Source: Eledone cirrhosa (lineage: Eukaryota). From it: DNA of 64,000 nucleotides. Position 1 is the first letter of the stretch, and every line of letters starts with the position of its first letter. The position numbers and the translations under genes are program-made. Below the pieces are notes generated by a model. That model saw nothing but the letters and a program-made list of their open reading frames with translations, ran no database searches and had not been told where the DNA came from. This document shows positions 1 through 14,200 of the stretch, piece by piece. The DNA is taken from NCBI GenBank assembly GCA_964016885.1, contig OZ024742.1:251658001-251722000 (forward strand), read 5' to 3'.

Positions 1-792
1 TATGTGTATATATATATTTATATCTATGTGTATACACACACATATACATATAGGAGTTATACTAGCTTATGTTATGTGCTGAAACTAAATCAATTGCATC
101 ATCAGTCATTTTAACCATTTGAAAATACACAAAAACTGTTAACTTTACTTTATATTTATCATTTATTCTTGATATCAAATTATTTTCATGGCTTAGTCAG
201 AGATTCTGTTAGTGACTAAGTTGTAGACAGTGCCATGAAAATTTCGACACCAAGAAATGATAAATATAAAGTTTTTGTAGGGGCTTTTTAGATGGCGAAA
301 ATTATTTCCTCTCTCTCCTCCCCCATCCCCCTTCCTCCTTCCTGAAAGGTGCTTTTCTCACCTGCTCATGTGATATGATGCAATAGCAGCTACTGAGAGA
401 CTTCTCCATTTGTGACCACTTGCCTCACAGAACCTCTTTCCTGAGCAGTTCCTTTCATTCATGATCGTGTAATATGTTCTTAAATGCAATTACTTAATTA
501 GCTCATCATCATTTAACATCCAGTAAAGCTACTGGACCATCAGAAGATGAATACATTTTTGGGGGAGATGGAGCTTCAATAAAATAGATACTAGTAAGAT
601 CTGGTGAGTCTCAATAAAGTAAGGACTAGTTGTTGACATGGATTTATTCCTTCAGTCAGAAAATTTCCCTATTTTCCACATAACCACACCATCACTACAG
701 CCACTGCTACCACCAGCACCACCACCACCACCAAATATTTTATGTGCTTTTAGTAAATGTCATATTTAAACCCTTAATTTTTATTTTTCTAG

Positions 793-980
793 ATCCAAGA
801 GTTGCTGATTGGTTCATGATGGCGACCCCTTGGCCAGCATTCTTCTTGTGTGTCTTCTATGTTTCTTCTGTCAAGATTGGAATTGGTATAATGATCAAAC
901 GAAAACCATTCGAGATGAGGAAAATTTTAGTAGTCTATAATATATTTATGATGTTTCTCTCGGGCTACGTATTTGTTGAA
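793..980 (+). CDS. ELOVL7: ELOVL1/7-like exon (DPRVADWF...GYVFVE)
   Basis: Acceptor tttttctag at 792, donor gtaaga at 981; lies within ORF 744..1040. Confidence 0.92.
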
Positions 981-1201
981 GTAAGACTTCTTTGCTATTT
1001 TTACATTCTTCCTTTTTACTTACTACTAGACCACCGGTGACCCGTTCAGTCATGTTCATTTCAAAATATTTTTAAAAAAATCATGTTCACTTAAAAATAA
1101 TTTTTAAATAATTAAAATATACAGACATGTATATAATGTGAAATGAAACTGGAGGGCCCATATATATACGTGTGTGTATGTATATATATAAATGTGTGTG
1201 C

Positions 1202-1242
<41 letters not shown>

Positions 1243-2290
1243 GGTGTTTGTGATCTATATACACTGGTCATACACACACATATATATATACACACACAAC
1301 ACGACCACCACCAGCTCTCTCTGTCTCTTTTTCAATCTACTCTCTCGCAACCACTATCTCTTTTTCTCTATCCTTCTCTCTCTCTGTTTATGGAGGTACC
1401 CAGAAAACCCCATATCTTGGGCACCCGTGCTTCGATTTACGCAAAACTTGTTTTATTCCATGTGTATTCCCATTTCGGGGGCAACTTCCTTTCAAAGTAT
1501 TTTCCCATTATGCACTCTTTTGGCTGTATTACATTACAGACAAGCAAGCAAGCAATCACAAAATTTTAGTAATATATAGATATATACACGTACATATCCT
1601 CATCGTTTTTATGTCAACTATTCAATGCTAGCTTGGGTTGAATGGACATTTTGAGGCAGTTTTACATCTGGATGCCCTTCCTTACTTTAACCCTGTTAGT
1701 TGATTCTTAGGATATTCAGAAAAATTAGATGCATTTGGTAAACTAAGCAGTTTATATCATTTTTATACTATTCATCTTTATTCCGTATATGTGCACACGT
1801 ATACGTAATATATATTTGTTGAAGTAATGTGTCCATACCATCTGCATACCATCACTTTTTATTCATTACACACAAACACACACACATATAAATATATATA
1901 ATAAGGTAGTGAATCAGCAAAATTATTAATGAGATGGTATCTGATCTTGCTCTGTGCATCTGGATTTATAATGGTACTACCTTCTCTCAAGAGCTACAAC
2001 CAGCAGATAGTATCAGCAATGGAAAGACCGCTTGAAACATTGTTTCCTTGGTTCGATCTAACAATTGACTTTTTTCCTTTCCCCCTCCCACTCCCCCTCC
2101 ATCAACCATTTGTAACTTGTACTCCTATGTTTTTGTTTTTTTTACTTTTTTATTTATTTATATATATATAAGTTGTAATAAAATGAAAACGAAATTTCAT
2201 TTCTCACTCTTAGTACGGCACTTACTTAAATGTAAGTATGTATGTATACGTACATACATATATGTATACAGACATACAGTAGCATGTATA

Positions 2291-2335
<45 letters not shown>

Positions 2336-4482
2336 GTACACATACATATATGTACGTATCAGTTTAGCGCCCGCTTTGTCCGTTTGTAAACAAACTGAAC
2401 AGCCTGAATTTATGCCATACGGTGTTAAGGCAACCACGTCACCTTTTTGTTCAACACTGACACAGGAACGATGTACTAGTTTCAAGCTTGTTAGCTATCA
2501 TCAGCACCGTATACCCTTCTGCCAGATGGTTGAACGTTCGAAAGTATATACTTTCCTTATGAAAATTAACGGCTGAGCAGCCTAATTTGCATATCGAGTG
2601 AGTTCAGTCGGCCAGGCGCACCGAAAACGATAAGTTGTAATAAAATGAAAACGAAATTTCATTTCTCACTCTTAGTGAGTGTTGAACAAAAAGGTGACGT
2701 GGTTGCCTTAACACCGTACGGCATAAATTCAGGCTGTCAGTTTGTTTACAAACGGACAAAGCGTCCGCTAAACTGATACGTACATATATGTATGTGTACC
2801 TGTATGTGTATATATATATGCATGCTACTGTACGTCTGTATACATATACATACATACTTACATTTATATATATATATATATATATATATTTCACATTGCT
2901 CCAGTTTACAGTGGAGGTGCCACGGCAAAAAAGCACCCAGCACTCACTGTAAATGAGGTTGGTGTTAGGAAGGGCATCCAGCTGTAGAAATCATGCCAGA
3001 ATCAGTTCCCGTCCCACCCTTGCAAGCATGGAAAAGTGGACGTAAAATGAAATGATGATGATATATATATATATAATGTATTTGTGTGTGTTTTGAAGTA
3101 AGATTTGTATAACATCCCTAAACTGTTCTTAATCCAACGGTCCAGCCTTGTCACACAGTCATGCTGAATCTCCCTGAGAATTATGTTAAGAGTACAAATA
3201 TCTCTAGAATACTCAGCCAATTACACATGAATTCGCAAGCAGGTTGTCGCATTGATCAAACAACTGGTACACAGGTCAACAAGATTCATAGAGATCCAAG
3301 ACAGACACTCACACACCCAGAAACATACACCTACACAGACAGATGTGTCACACTGAAATATGTAGAGCACTCTATGCTTTCTTACTGTTTATGTGTATAT
3401 AGTAATCAATAGTATGTATATATGTATATAAAATCAATTGTGTGGGTGGGTTTATATAAATATATCTATATATATATATATATATATATATGGGTAATCA
3501 ATAGTCTATCTAATCAATAGTGTGGGTGTATTTATATATGATGTATATATTCATGTGTAAGATGTTACTAAACAAATACTAGGATATCCATTATGAAACA
3601 CACTACACCATACTTTAAAGAAAATAGTGTAGATATTATTTAATACAGGTAAACCCTAGTATGGCTTAACCCTTTAGCATTCACATTACTCTATATATCC
3701 TATTATATTTTCATGATAAACGCTTTATCCCACATAATATCGAGTCTGAGATTTTGAAAGTATTTATTTTGAGAACAATACCTTAACATCAGTTTGAGTG
3801 ACTAGTTACAGCCAGTTTCAACAGAAAAGGGTAGAGAATTCTGGACGGGTTTGAGCATTAAAGGGTTAAACCATTTTGATAGTTGATTCAACCATCAAAA
3901 CAGTTTCAGCATGACTGTAGGCATGACAACGTGTGTGTGTGTGTGCGTATATATATATATCATCATTTTACATCCGCTTTTCCATGCTTGCAAGGGTGGG
4001 ACGGGAACTGATTCTGGCTTGATTTCTACAGCTGGATGCCCTTCCTAACACCAATCTCATTTACAGTGAGTGCTGGGTGCTTTTTTGCCATGGCGCCTAC
4101 ACGTCCACTTTACAGTGGAATGATAGGGACTCATTTCTACAGCTGAGTAAACTGGAGCAATGTGAAATAAAGTGTCTTGCTCAAGGAAACAACACATCAC
4201 CCGGTCTGAGAATTGAACTCACAACCTTTCGATTGCAAGGCCAATGCTCTAACCACTAAGCCATGTGCCTCCATATATATATAAAAAGTATGACCCAGAC
4301 GGCAGAGCTCAAGCCGTTTCGACGGCTATTTCTGGACTAAATTTAGTCTAGAAATAGCCGTCGAAACGGCTTGAACTCTACCGTCGGGGTCATACTTTTT
4401 TCCTTTTTCCCACTCTACTACCCTAAGTATTGAGTACTCTGGTGCGTTATGGTCCTTCTGGTTCTTTACCACAATTCCTTTG

Positions 4483-4513
<31 letters not shown>

Positions 4514-6751
4514 GTGTGTGTGTGTGTATGTAATGAATAAAAAGAGATGGTATGGACACATTAATTCAACAAATATATATTACATATACGTGTGCACATA
4601 TACAGAATAAAGAGAACGGTATAAAAATATATATATATGTATGTGTATGTATGTATGTATGTGTATATGTACATGTGTATATATATATATCTGTGTATGT
4701 ATGTGTATCATCATTATCAACGTTTAACGTCGATCTTCCACGCTAGCATGGGTTTAGACGGGAATTGTCCCACTTGAGGCAAGTGTGTGTGTGTGTGTAT
4801 ACATGTGTATGTGTGTATCATCATCATCACCGTTTTACGTCCGTTCTTCCACGCTAGCATGGGTTAGACGGGTTGTCCCGTTGTGGGCAGTGTCTGGTCG
4901 GCTAACCATGCCTTGCTCATACAGGAACTGATTTTGGCTTGGTTTCTACAGCTGGATGCCCTTCCTAACACCAACCTCATTTACAGTGTGGGCTGGGTGC
5001 TTTTTTGCCGTGGCACCTCCACCACCACTTTGCAGTGGGAGGGTGTGGGGGCATATTGTCTATATGCTTCAGCTTGTACCCATGGGAGGTCGGGTACCCT
5101 GTATTACTGCGTGACGCCAGAGGTCACGGTCGTGTGTCATCGCCTTTGAGAGGTGTAATTGGGTAAGGTCGGTATATGTGTGTATACATGTGTATACGTG
5201 TATATGTGTATACGTGTATATGTGTATACATGTGTGTGCATGTGTATACGTGTGTATGTGTGTGTATAATGTAATTGTGTATATATGTATGTGTATGTAT
5301 GTATATATATATATGTGTATGTATGTATGTATATATATATATGTGTATGTATGTATATATATATATGTGTATGTATGTATATATATATATGTGTATGTAT
5401 GTATATATATATGTGTATGTATGTATATATATATATGTGTATGTATGTATATATATATATGTGTATGTATGTATATATATATATGTGTATGTATGTATAT
5501 ATATATATGTGTATGTATATATATATGTGTATGTATGTATATATATGTGTATGTATGTATATATATATATATATATATGTATGTATATATATATATGTAT
5601 GTATGTATGTATATATATATATATGTATGTATGTATATGTATGTATGTATGTATATATATGTATGTATGTATATATATGTATGTATGTATATATATATAT
5701 GTGTATGTATGTATATATGTGTATGTATGTATATATATATATGTGTATGTATGTATATATATATATGTGTATGTATATATATATATGTGTATGTATGTAT
5801 ATATATATATGTGTATGTATGTGTATATATATATGTGTATGTATGTATATATATATATGTGTATGTATGTATATATATATATGTGTATGTATGTATATAT
5901 ATATATGTGTATGTATGTATGTATATATATATGTGTATGTATGTATATATATATATATGTGTATGTATGTATATATATATATGTGTATGTATATATATAT
6001 ATGTGTATGTATGTATATATATGTGTATGTATGTATATATATATATATGTGTATGTATGTATATATATATATATGTGTATGTATGTATATATATATATAT
6101 GTGTATGTATGTATATATATATATATGTGTATGTATGTATATATATGTGTATGTATGTATATATATATATGTGTATGTATGTATATATATATATGTGTAT
6201 GTATGTATATATATATATGTGTATGTATGTATATATATATGTGTATGTATGTATATATATATATGTGTATGTATGTATATATATATATGTGTGTGTATGT
6301 ATATATATATATGTGTATGTATGTATATATATATATGTGTATGTATGTATATATATATATGTGTATGTATGTATATATATATATGTGTATGTATGTATAT
6401 ATATATATGTGTATGTATGTATATATATATATGTGTATGTATGTATATATATATATGTGTATGTATGTATATATATATATGTGTATGTATGTATATATAT
6501 ATATGTATGTATGTATATATATATATATGTGTATGTATATATATGTGTATGTATGTATATATATGTGTATGTATGTATATATATGTATGTATGTATATAT
6601 GTATGTATGTATGTATATATATATGTATGTATGTATATATATATGTATGTATATATATGTGTGTATGTATGTATATATATGTATGTATGTATATATATAT
6701 ATGTATGTATATATATGTGTGTATGTATATATATATATGTATGTATATATA

Positions 6752-6794
<43 letters not shown>

Positions 6795-6837
6795 ATATAT
6801 ATATATATATATGTGTGTGTGTATATATATATATATA

Positions 6838-6878
<41 letters not shown>

Positions 6879-7095
6879 ATATATATATATATGTGTGTGT
6901 GTGTATATATATATGTGTGTGTGTATATATATATATATGTGTGTGTGTATATATATATATATGTGTGTGTGTGTATATATATATATATGTGTGTGTGTGT
7001 ATATATATATATATGTGTGTGTGTGTATATATATATATATGTGTGTGTGTATATATATATATGTGTGTGTGTATATATATATATATATGTGTGTG

Positions 7096-7182
<87 letters not shown>

Positions 7183-10100
7183 TCAATATAGAAGAGCACT
7201 GGGAGTTCCTAAAAAATAACCTACTAAAGGTGACAGACGAGATCTGTAGATGGAGCAAGACTACAGGGAGGAGGAGTGTGATTTGGTGGCGGAACAATAA
7301 GGTAGATGAGACAATTAAGGCCAAGAGACAAGCATGGAAACAATGAAAGATCGAGGGAAGCTGGGTACACTACATAGAGACCAGGAGGGAAGCTAGACGA
7401 CAAGTATACTTAGCTAGAAGGGAAGCAGAGGATAGAAAATTCAAGCATGTTTTGCAGTGTGAGGACCTGAAACAGGTGGTGTTCAGGATTTTGAGGATGT
7501 GTATTAGAGAAAATTGTGATGTGATTGTTGAGAAGTGAGTCCGGGATGATAAAGGTGAGCTTGACCTCACAAGTGCTGAGAAGAAAGATGCGTGGAAGAG
7601 CCATTATGAAAGATTACTGATTGAGGAGAAAGAGTCCCTACCCCAAGTGGACCCACCAGAGGCCCCAGCAATACAAGTCAGCAGCAGTGTAGTAAGGCAA
7701 TTAAGGATATGAAGATGGGGAAAGCAGCTGGTCCATCGGGAATAATTGCTGAGATGCTGAAAGCATCTGGGTTGGTAGGTCAAACCATAACCACATGTAT
7801 TGTAAACCAAGTAATACTAGATGGCGTCATACTGAATGATTGGTGCAGCAGCATCATTGTCAACTGCTACAAGAGTAAAGGGGATGAACTAGATAGAGGC
7901 ATCAAGTTGACGGACCAGGTCATGAAAGTAACAGAAAAAGTTATAGCACAATTGATTAGGGACAGGGTAAATCTGGATAAGATGCAGTTCAGATTGATGC
8001 CAGGCAAAAGCACCACAGATTCTCTCTTCCTTGTGAGGCAGTTACAGGAAAAGTACCTTAGTAAAAGTAAACCGCTCTATCTGGTATTTGTCGATCTGGA
8101 AAAAGCCTGTGCCATAATCTGGTGGGCTCATTGATAAGTAGTAGATGAGTAGCTTGTGAATGCTTTACAAGCCATGTATAGGAGAGCAGTCAGCAAAGTT
8201 AGGATTAACAATGACTATAGCAAGGAATTTATCATACAGATTGGTGTCCACCAGGGCTCTCTTCTGTTTATCATCATACTACAGGCTAGAACAGAGGGAT
8301 TTAAGACCAGCAGCCCATGGGAACTCCTGTTCGTGGATGATCTTACATTCATAGTGGAATCTATGGTGGAACTGGAGAATGAATTCCAAACATGGAAGCA
8401 GGACCTAGAAACAATGGGCTTTAAAGTCAACCTGACAAAGACTAAGGTCCTAGTAAGTAGAAGAGAAAACAGAACCCTGATCCCTTCAGGGAAATCGCCT
8501 AGCTCAGTATTTAGGAAAGGTATAGTAAGAAATTACATCCTCTGTTCCAAATGCAAACTATGGGTACTCAAAAGATGGAGTGGGATCTCAAGAAGTTTAG
8601 CTAATAATGTAGGCTTTACATGTAGCAGCTGCACTGAGATAGAAACCAGCAAATGACCACAGGAAACAAGTGCTATCAAATTCTGGGATGGCTTGGTATA
8701 AACAGTAGACAGCTTCTGCTACCTGGGTGACCAAATTAGCAGCAGAGGTGGGTGTTCTGAAAGAACAGTAGCTAGAGTAAGAACAGGGTGGAAGATGTTG
8801 AGGGATCTACTACCACTGCTAGCTACAAAAGTTTTTTTCCCTAAAAATGAAAGGCAGGCTGTATGATACGTGCATACAAACAACAATGTTGCTTGGTAAA
8901 GAGACCTGTGTGCAGAAGACTTATGTAGATTGGAAAGAAATGAAGCTTGCATGCTCCGATGGATGTATAATAGTAATATACGTGAATGGCAAATCATAAA
9001 CAAACTAAAAGAGAAACACTAGGCATAAGAGGAATCAGATGCGGTGTACAGGAGAGGAGATTGCATTGGTATGGACATGTGATGCATATGAAGGATGACA
9101 GCTGTATAACAAGGTGCAGAGTGCTCAAAGTTGATGGAAGCCTTGGAGTAGGGAAACCCAGGAGGACTTGGGACAAGGTGATAAAAGCTTACCTCACCCA
9201 ATTGCACCTCTCAAAGATGATGACATAAGACCAAGATCTCCGGCGTTACGCAGTGTTACAGAACACCAGACTTCCCATGAGCACAGGCTGAAGCTGAACC
9301 ATATATATAGTAGGCACCACCCACCACACCCCGCTCTACCCACCCTCATGAGGACAGGCTGAAGCATACACCTAGTGAAGCCTACAGCCCACACTGTATA
9401 GTGGTTGTGATGGCAACATAACAAAAAGAGCCCAGCCCACACTGTAAAGTGGTCGTGATGGCAACATGGCAAAAAGCATCCAGTCTACACTGTAAAATGT
9501 TTGTGTAGGCATCACAACAAAAAGCACCCAGTACTTACTGTAAATGAGGTTTTCACTAGGAAGGGCATCCAGCTGTAGAAACGAATCCCAAATCAGTTCT
9601 GTATAAGGAAAACACGGGCACTTGAGCTGGCATTGCTCACAACAGGAAAACTTGTCTGACCCATGTGGACGTTACATTAAACGGTGATGATGATAGTATA
9701 TATATATATGTATGTATGTATATCTATGTATGCATGTGTGTATATATGGTTGTGGTCCTTTATCATCTAGAACAGAGAACTGGCTGATTTTTTTTTTTTT
9801 TTTTTGTATGGTTTGTTTTTTATTGTGGAGTGCCCCTCCTACCATCACTGACCGCTTTACAACCTTTAGTGAAGTCCACTCAGTTGCAAGTATTTCGACC
9901 AATCAAGTCTCTGGTTTGAAGATACCATCGTCCCTACCTTTTGTGGAGGCCTTGGAAATGGTTATGACCACTGTGCTGCCCACCCTGACTAAAGAAGTCT
10001 ACTTTTACAACAAATACTACCACAACTATTACTGCTTTTGCTACTACTACCATTACCACCACCACCACCTCCACCACTACTACTACTACCACTACCACCA

Positions 10101-11195
10101 CCTCCACCACTACTACCACCACTACCACCACCACCACTACCACCACCACCACTACCACCACTACCACCACCACCACCACCACCACCACCAGTATATATAT
10201 ATATATATTCATCATTTCATTTTATGTCCACTTTTCCCTGCTTGCAAGGGTGGGACGGGAACTGATTCTGGCTTGATTTCTACAGCTGGATGCCCTTCCT
10301 AACACCAATCTCATTTACAGTGAGTGCTGGGTGCTTTTTTGCCGTGGCACCTCCACAACCATTTTGCAGTGGAATGATAGGGACCCCAGTCCCTATCATC
10401 TCATTTCTACAGCTGAGTAAACTGGAGCAATGTGAAATAAAGTGTCTTGCTCAAGGAAACAGCACATCACCCGGTCTGAGAATTAAACTCGCAACCTTTC
10501 GATTGCAAGGCCAATGCTCTAACCACTAAGCCATGTGCCTCCATGTGCCAATATATATATATATTAAAGGTGAAGGTGTGTGACCTAGTGGTTAATGTTA
10601 GAATCATGATCGTAAAGTCATAGATTTGACTTCTGGACTAATCATCAAAATTTCCTTTAGTTCAATACTCCCAAGGACTGTGAGTTCCTAAATAGTGTGT
10701 TAACTGGTATTAGACATAGGTGTTACAGGTATGACCCAGAAAATAAAGCTCAGTCATCACATTTGAAGCATTCAATATCACCAATGCCCCCAAGAAGTAC
10801 ATCAGGTGCCGAACAAAATCATAGGGATGTTGACTGTTTTCTGCAACTACCAAGATGTTGTGCATCATGAATATGCAGCAGAATAACCAGTTACAAATGG
10901 CTTTCATCAGGAATTCCTCCATCTTCATAATACAGTTTGTGACTGTGCTCTGGTTCACTCTTCACAGCTGATCTTGGAAAAGAAAGGCATTTACTCATTC
11001 AGTAGGCCCACTACTCTCATTACATGGCACCTTTTGACTTCTGGTTGTTACCAAATATGAAGATGCTTCAAACAGTAGAATCACTGAACTGTGTTGAAGC
11101 ACAAGGGTCTATCTTGAAGGGGATTAGTAATTGAGCCACACGAAGTAGGTAATAATTTTTTTCCCAGCCAGAGGCTGGATACGTTTTTGAAGGGC

Positions 11196-11229
<34 letters not shown>

Positions 11230-14200
11230 TCGTCACCATTTAACGTCCATTTTTTTCACTCTGGTACGGGTTATATGAATTATAATGTTGTGAGCAATGC
11301 CAGGTCTGGTGATTGTCTTGCTCATACAGAATCGATTTTAGCTTGGTTTCTACAGCTGGATACCCTTCCTATTGCCAACCTCGTTTACAATAAGTGGTGG
11401 GTGCTTTTTGTCGTGACACCTGAACGACCACTTTACAGTGTGGACTGGGTCTTTTTTGCCGTGATACCTACACGACCACTTTACAGTGCAGACTGGTACT
11501 TTTTGTAATGTTACCTACACAACCACAATGCAGTGTGGGTTGGGCGCTTTTTTTGCCGTGTCTCCGTCACAACTACTTTACAGTGTGGGCTAGAGGCTTC
11601 ACTAGATGTATGTTTCAGGCTCTCTTTATGGGAGATGAATAGGAATGGCTGGGGTGAGGTGGTACATACTATTTATATGCTTCAGTCTTGGCCTCTGTCT
11701 GTGAGAAGTCTAGTCTTCAGTAATACTGTGTAATGCCAGAGATCTTGTTCCTTTGTCATCGCCTTTGAGAGGTGCAATTGGGTGACGTCAGCTTTTATAA
11801 CCTCGTCCCAAGTCCTCCTGGGACTCCCCATACCAAGGTTTCCATCAACTTTGAGTGCTTTGCACCTTTTTATACAGCTGTCATCCTTCATATGCATCAC
11901 ATGTCCATACCATAGCAATCTCCTCTCCTGCACACTACATCTGATTCCTCTTATGCCTAGTTTCTCTCTCAGTTCATTTGTGCTTCGCCGTTCTTGTACA
12001 TCACTATCACATATCCATCAGAGCATGCAAGCTCCATTTCTTTCCAATCTCCATAAGTCCTCTGCACACAGTGCACAGGTCTCACTACCATGCAACATTG
12101 TTGTTTGTATACATGCATCACACAGTCTGCCTTTCATTGAGGGGGAAAAAAACTTTTGTAGTTAGTGGAGGTAATAGCTCCCTCAACATCTTCCATCCTG
12201 TTCTTACTCTAGCTACTGTTCTTTCAGAACACCCACCTCTGCTGCTAATTTGGTCACCTAGGTAGCAGAAGCTGTCTACTGTTTATACCAAGCCATCCCA
12301 GAATTTGATAGCACTTGTTTCCTGTGGTCATTTGCTGGTTTCTATCTCAGTGCAGCTGCTACATGTAAAGCTTACATTCTTTGCTACGCCTTCTGAGATT
12401 CCTCTACATCTATTTTGTACCCATAGTTTGCATTTGGGACAGAGGATGTAATTTCTTACTATACCTTTCCTAAATACTGAGCTAGGCGATTTCCCTGAAG
12501 GGATCAGGGTTCTGTTTTCTCTTCTACTTACTAGGACCTTAGTCTTTGTCAGGTTGACTTTAAGACCCATTGTTTCTAGGCTTTGCTTCAATTTCTCCTC
12601 TAGTTCCGCCATTGATTCTGCTATGAGTTTAAGACCATCCGCGTACAGGAGTTCCCATGGGCTGCTGGTCTTAAACTCCTCTGTTATAGCCTGTAGTATG
12701 ATGATAACGGGGAGAAGGCTAATAACAGAGCCCTGGTTGACCAACCTGCATGCTAAATTCCTTGCTATAGTCATTGTTAATCCTAACTTTGCTGACTGCT
12801 CTCCTACACATAGCTTGTACAGCTTTTGCAAGCCATTCATCTACTACTTTTCAAAGAGCCCACCAGATTATGGCACGGGACACTCTATCGAAAGCTTTTT
12901 CCAGATCAACAAATGCCAGGTAGAGCAGCTTACTTTTAGCTAGGTACTTTTCCTGTAACTGCTTCACCAGGAAGAGAGAATCTGTAGTTCTTTTGACTGG
13001 TACAAATCCAAACTGTATCTCATCTAAATTTACCCAGTCCCTAATCAGCTGTGCTAAATCTCTTTCTGTTACTTTCATGACTGGGTCCATCAGCTTGATG
13101 CATCTATAGCTTCCTCTATCTCGTATATATATATATATATATATATTGCAGAAGATAAAGTACTTATATGTGGATGTTACACTGTAACTTCGTAAGGATA
13201 AGTGGTCCAAAAGCTAAAAGTTGATTAGGAGTATTCATTTATTAATTTTAAGTAGTTAAGACTACACCAAAATTGCTTTATTGCATATGTATTTCTGTAG
13301 CAGCATGGAAAAGTGAACGTAAAATCTTATGATGATAATGATGATAATGATGAAGTGTTAAAATATGTTAATATTTTTTACACTGTACTTCACTATTATT
13401 TTCTTTTTATAATCCATAGTAGCACCAGTTTAGACATTGACAACTGTATCTGCCTAGGTTCTTCCTACCTGTAATAAATCTCCCAACTGACACTAGATCA
13501 CACACACATGTATTTTCATATATATATTTATTGGTTGGTCTTAGGAAGGACATCCAGCTGTAAAATACCTGGCCAAATTTATAGTCCAGATGGGAGCATG
13601 GTGCAGCATGGCCAACTATAGATAGATTTGCTTCCCAGCATGGACGACCCATCTGACACATGCAAGCATGGTACAATTAACGCTAACGGATATGATGATG
13701 ATGATGATATATATATATATATGCTCCGCTGGATGTGTAACAGTAATATACGTGAACGGCAAAGCATAAACGAACTAAGGAAAAAATTAGAGATAAGAGG
13801 GATCAGATGTTGTTTACTCGAGAGAAGGCTACGTTGGTATGGACACGTGATGCGCATGAAAGTCGATAGCTGTATAACAAAGTGCAGGGCAATAAAGATA
13901 GACGGTAGTCTCGGAATAGGCAGACCTAGAAAAACCTGGGACGAGCTGATAAACTCCGACATCACACACTTACACCTCTCCAAGACAATGTCACTGGACC
14001 GAGACCTTTGGCGGTACTCAGTAACAGAGAAGACCCGCCTTACCTAAATATATAGTAAAACCTACTCCAGCCAGTAGGCATCTCTAACAAAATACACCCC
14101 GTCCCACCACCACCACCCCCACCCGATCCACACCACCCCGTTCTATGTAAAGTTATGTTGGTGCCGCGCCATCGAGGCCGAAACAAATGAGATCGTGTAG

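Noticed and set aside
4200-4274. tRNA genes at SINE heads (also 10470-10544, 28818-28890)
   Set aside because: The A/B boxes run straight into the SINE core and LINE-derived tail; no acceptor stem or terminator.
5069-7346. Five 640-750 aa ORFs (HT/YI/VC-rich)
   Set aside because: Translations of a stop-free TA/TG microsatellite; the same applies to 32890-33930, 54974-55323 and 62217-62805.
9712-10302. His- or Pro-rich protein ORFs
   Set aside because: Derived from a (CAC)n repeat plus SINE inside an ELOVL intron.
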